5,971 bases of DNA from a virus. The notes under the pieces were generated by a model. That model was not told the DNA's origin. It worked only from the letters and a program-made list of their open reading frames with translations, and searched no databases. The stretch spans positions 1 to 5,971 of IMG/VR virus record IMGVR_UViG_3300045988_005587; one strand, given 5' to 3'. The stretch's first letter is position 1, and each line of letters opens with the position of its first letter. The translations under genes were made by a program, and so were the position numbers. Positions 5,382 through 5,971 of this stretch are shown here, one piece after another.

Positions 5382-5971
5382 AAATAAACATAGGAAAGAA
5401 CACACTGGGTGACAACAATAAAATGTCCGTATCTCTAAGAGAGTATGGACGCAGTACACATGACCTGTCTTATGCGTGGAGGTCACCTATGGGAGTAGGC
5501 ACACTGGTACCGTTCATGAAGATACTAGCGTTACCAGGAGATACCTTCGATATCGACTTGGATACAAAAGTACTAACACATCCAACAGTTGGGCCTCTAT
5601 TTGGACAGTTCAAAATGCAACTGGACGTATTCACATGTCCATTGAGATTATACCAAGCTCAACTACATAACAATGCACTGAATATCGGGCTGGACATGAA
5701 AAAAGTGAAACTGCCTAAGTTTGCACATAGCTACAAATCAATAGAGGGTGAAAGCAGGGAAGGTACAAGAAGGTCAGGAGTAGGAAGTCTAGCAGAATAT
5801 CTTGGATTAAGATATGAACCCTTCAGGGACAAGGTTACCAATGCCAATGCAGTACCTTACTTTGCGTATTACGATGTATTCAAAAATTTCTACGCCAATA
5901 AACAGGAAGACTACTTCATGATAATGGGAGGTAGTCTGATTGTAGACGGAGGAACCATAACAACTAATAAT
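5378..5971 (+). CDS. VP1: Microviridae major capsid protein (VP1), N-terminal portion. The frame runs off the window end and continues at base 78 by way of the 77-nt overlap.
   Basis: Hand translation shows no stop codon: MKINIGKNTLGDNNKMSVSLREYGRSTHDLSYAWRSPMGVGTLVPFMKILALPGDTFDIDLDTKVLTHPTVGPLFGQFKMQLDVFTCPLRLYQAQLHNN... The blocks STHDLS, LPGDTF and LDVF-CP-RLY match the conserved N-terminal blocks I recall for Alpavirinae/Gokushovirinae capsids. The ORF is missing from the track only because it has no stop inside the window. Confidence 0.9.
   Translation, partial: MKINIGKNTLGDNNKMSVSLREYGRSTHDLSYAWRSPMGVGTLVPFMKILALPGDTFDIDLDTKVLTHPTVGPLFGQFKMQLDVFTCPLRLYQAQLHNNALNIGLDMKKVKLPKFAHSYKSIEGESREGTRRSGVGSLAEYLGLRYEPFRDKVTNANAVPYFAYYDVFKNFYANKQEDYFMIMGGSLIVDGGTITTNN
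5895..5971. repeat. Terminal redundancy copy 2, identical to 1..77.
   Basis: Same 77-nt string as at the window start. Confidence 0.95.

Noticed and set aside
5244-5486. Minus-strand 80-aa ORF.
   Set aside because: It is antisense to the 83-aa ORF and the VP1 start, has shadow-frame composition and has no start context.
5476-5670. A 64-aa GTG-initiated ORF overprinted in another frame inside VP1. I considered it because phiX174 lysis gene E is overprinted.
   Set aside because: It has no hydrophobic or transmembrane segment, uses a GTG start with no supporting context, and lies in the most conserved capsid region. It is probably fortuitous.

Overview
The window is a complete, circularly permuted ssDNA phage genome of the family Microviridae. 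It resembles the Alpavirinae or Gokushovirinae lineages rather than phiX174. Bases 1-77 are identical to bases 5895-5971, so the unit genome is 5,894 nt. The major capsid gene wraps the junction: 5378..5894 joins in frame to 1..1493, giving 669 aa. All credible genes are on the + strand. They are VP1 (capsid), a 110-aa acidic ORF, VP2 (pilot/minor capsid protein), VP4 (HUH rolling-circle Rep) and a cassette of four small overlapping ORFs feeding into VP1. One cassette ORF (4794..4967) is missing from the supplied ORF track. Another (4931..5149) has a textbook lipoprotein signal peptide and is a candidate lysis or exclusion factor. About 11% of the genome is noncoding, split into two compositionally opposite blocks that flank the Rep gene. 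The upstream block (3023-3321) is about 58% GC over its first 178 nt and hairpin-rich. It contains an 8/8 match to the nick-site core of the phiX174 origin and a 22-bp inverted repeat. The downstream block (4264-4612) is about 21% GC and carries three families of helically phased direct repeats, followed by a Bacteroidota-type promoter (TTTG-N19-TAnnTTTG). Start sites lack Shine-Dalgarno sequences and have A-rich leaders, which also points to a Bacteroidota host. All functional assignments come from reading motifs by eye. No database search was run.
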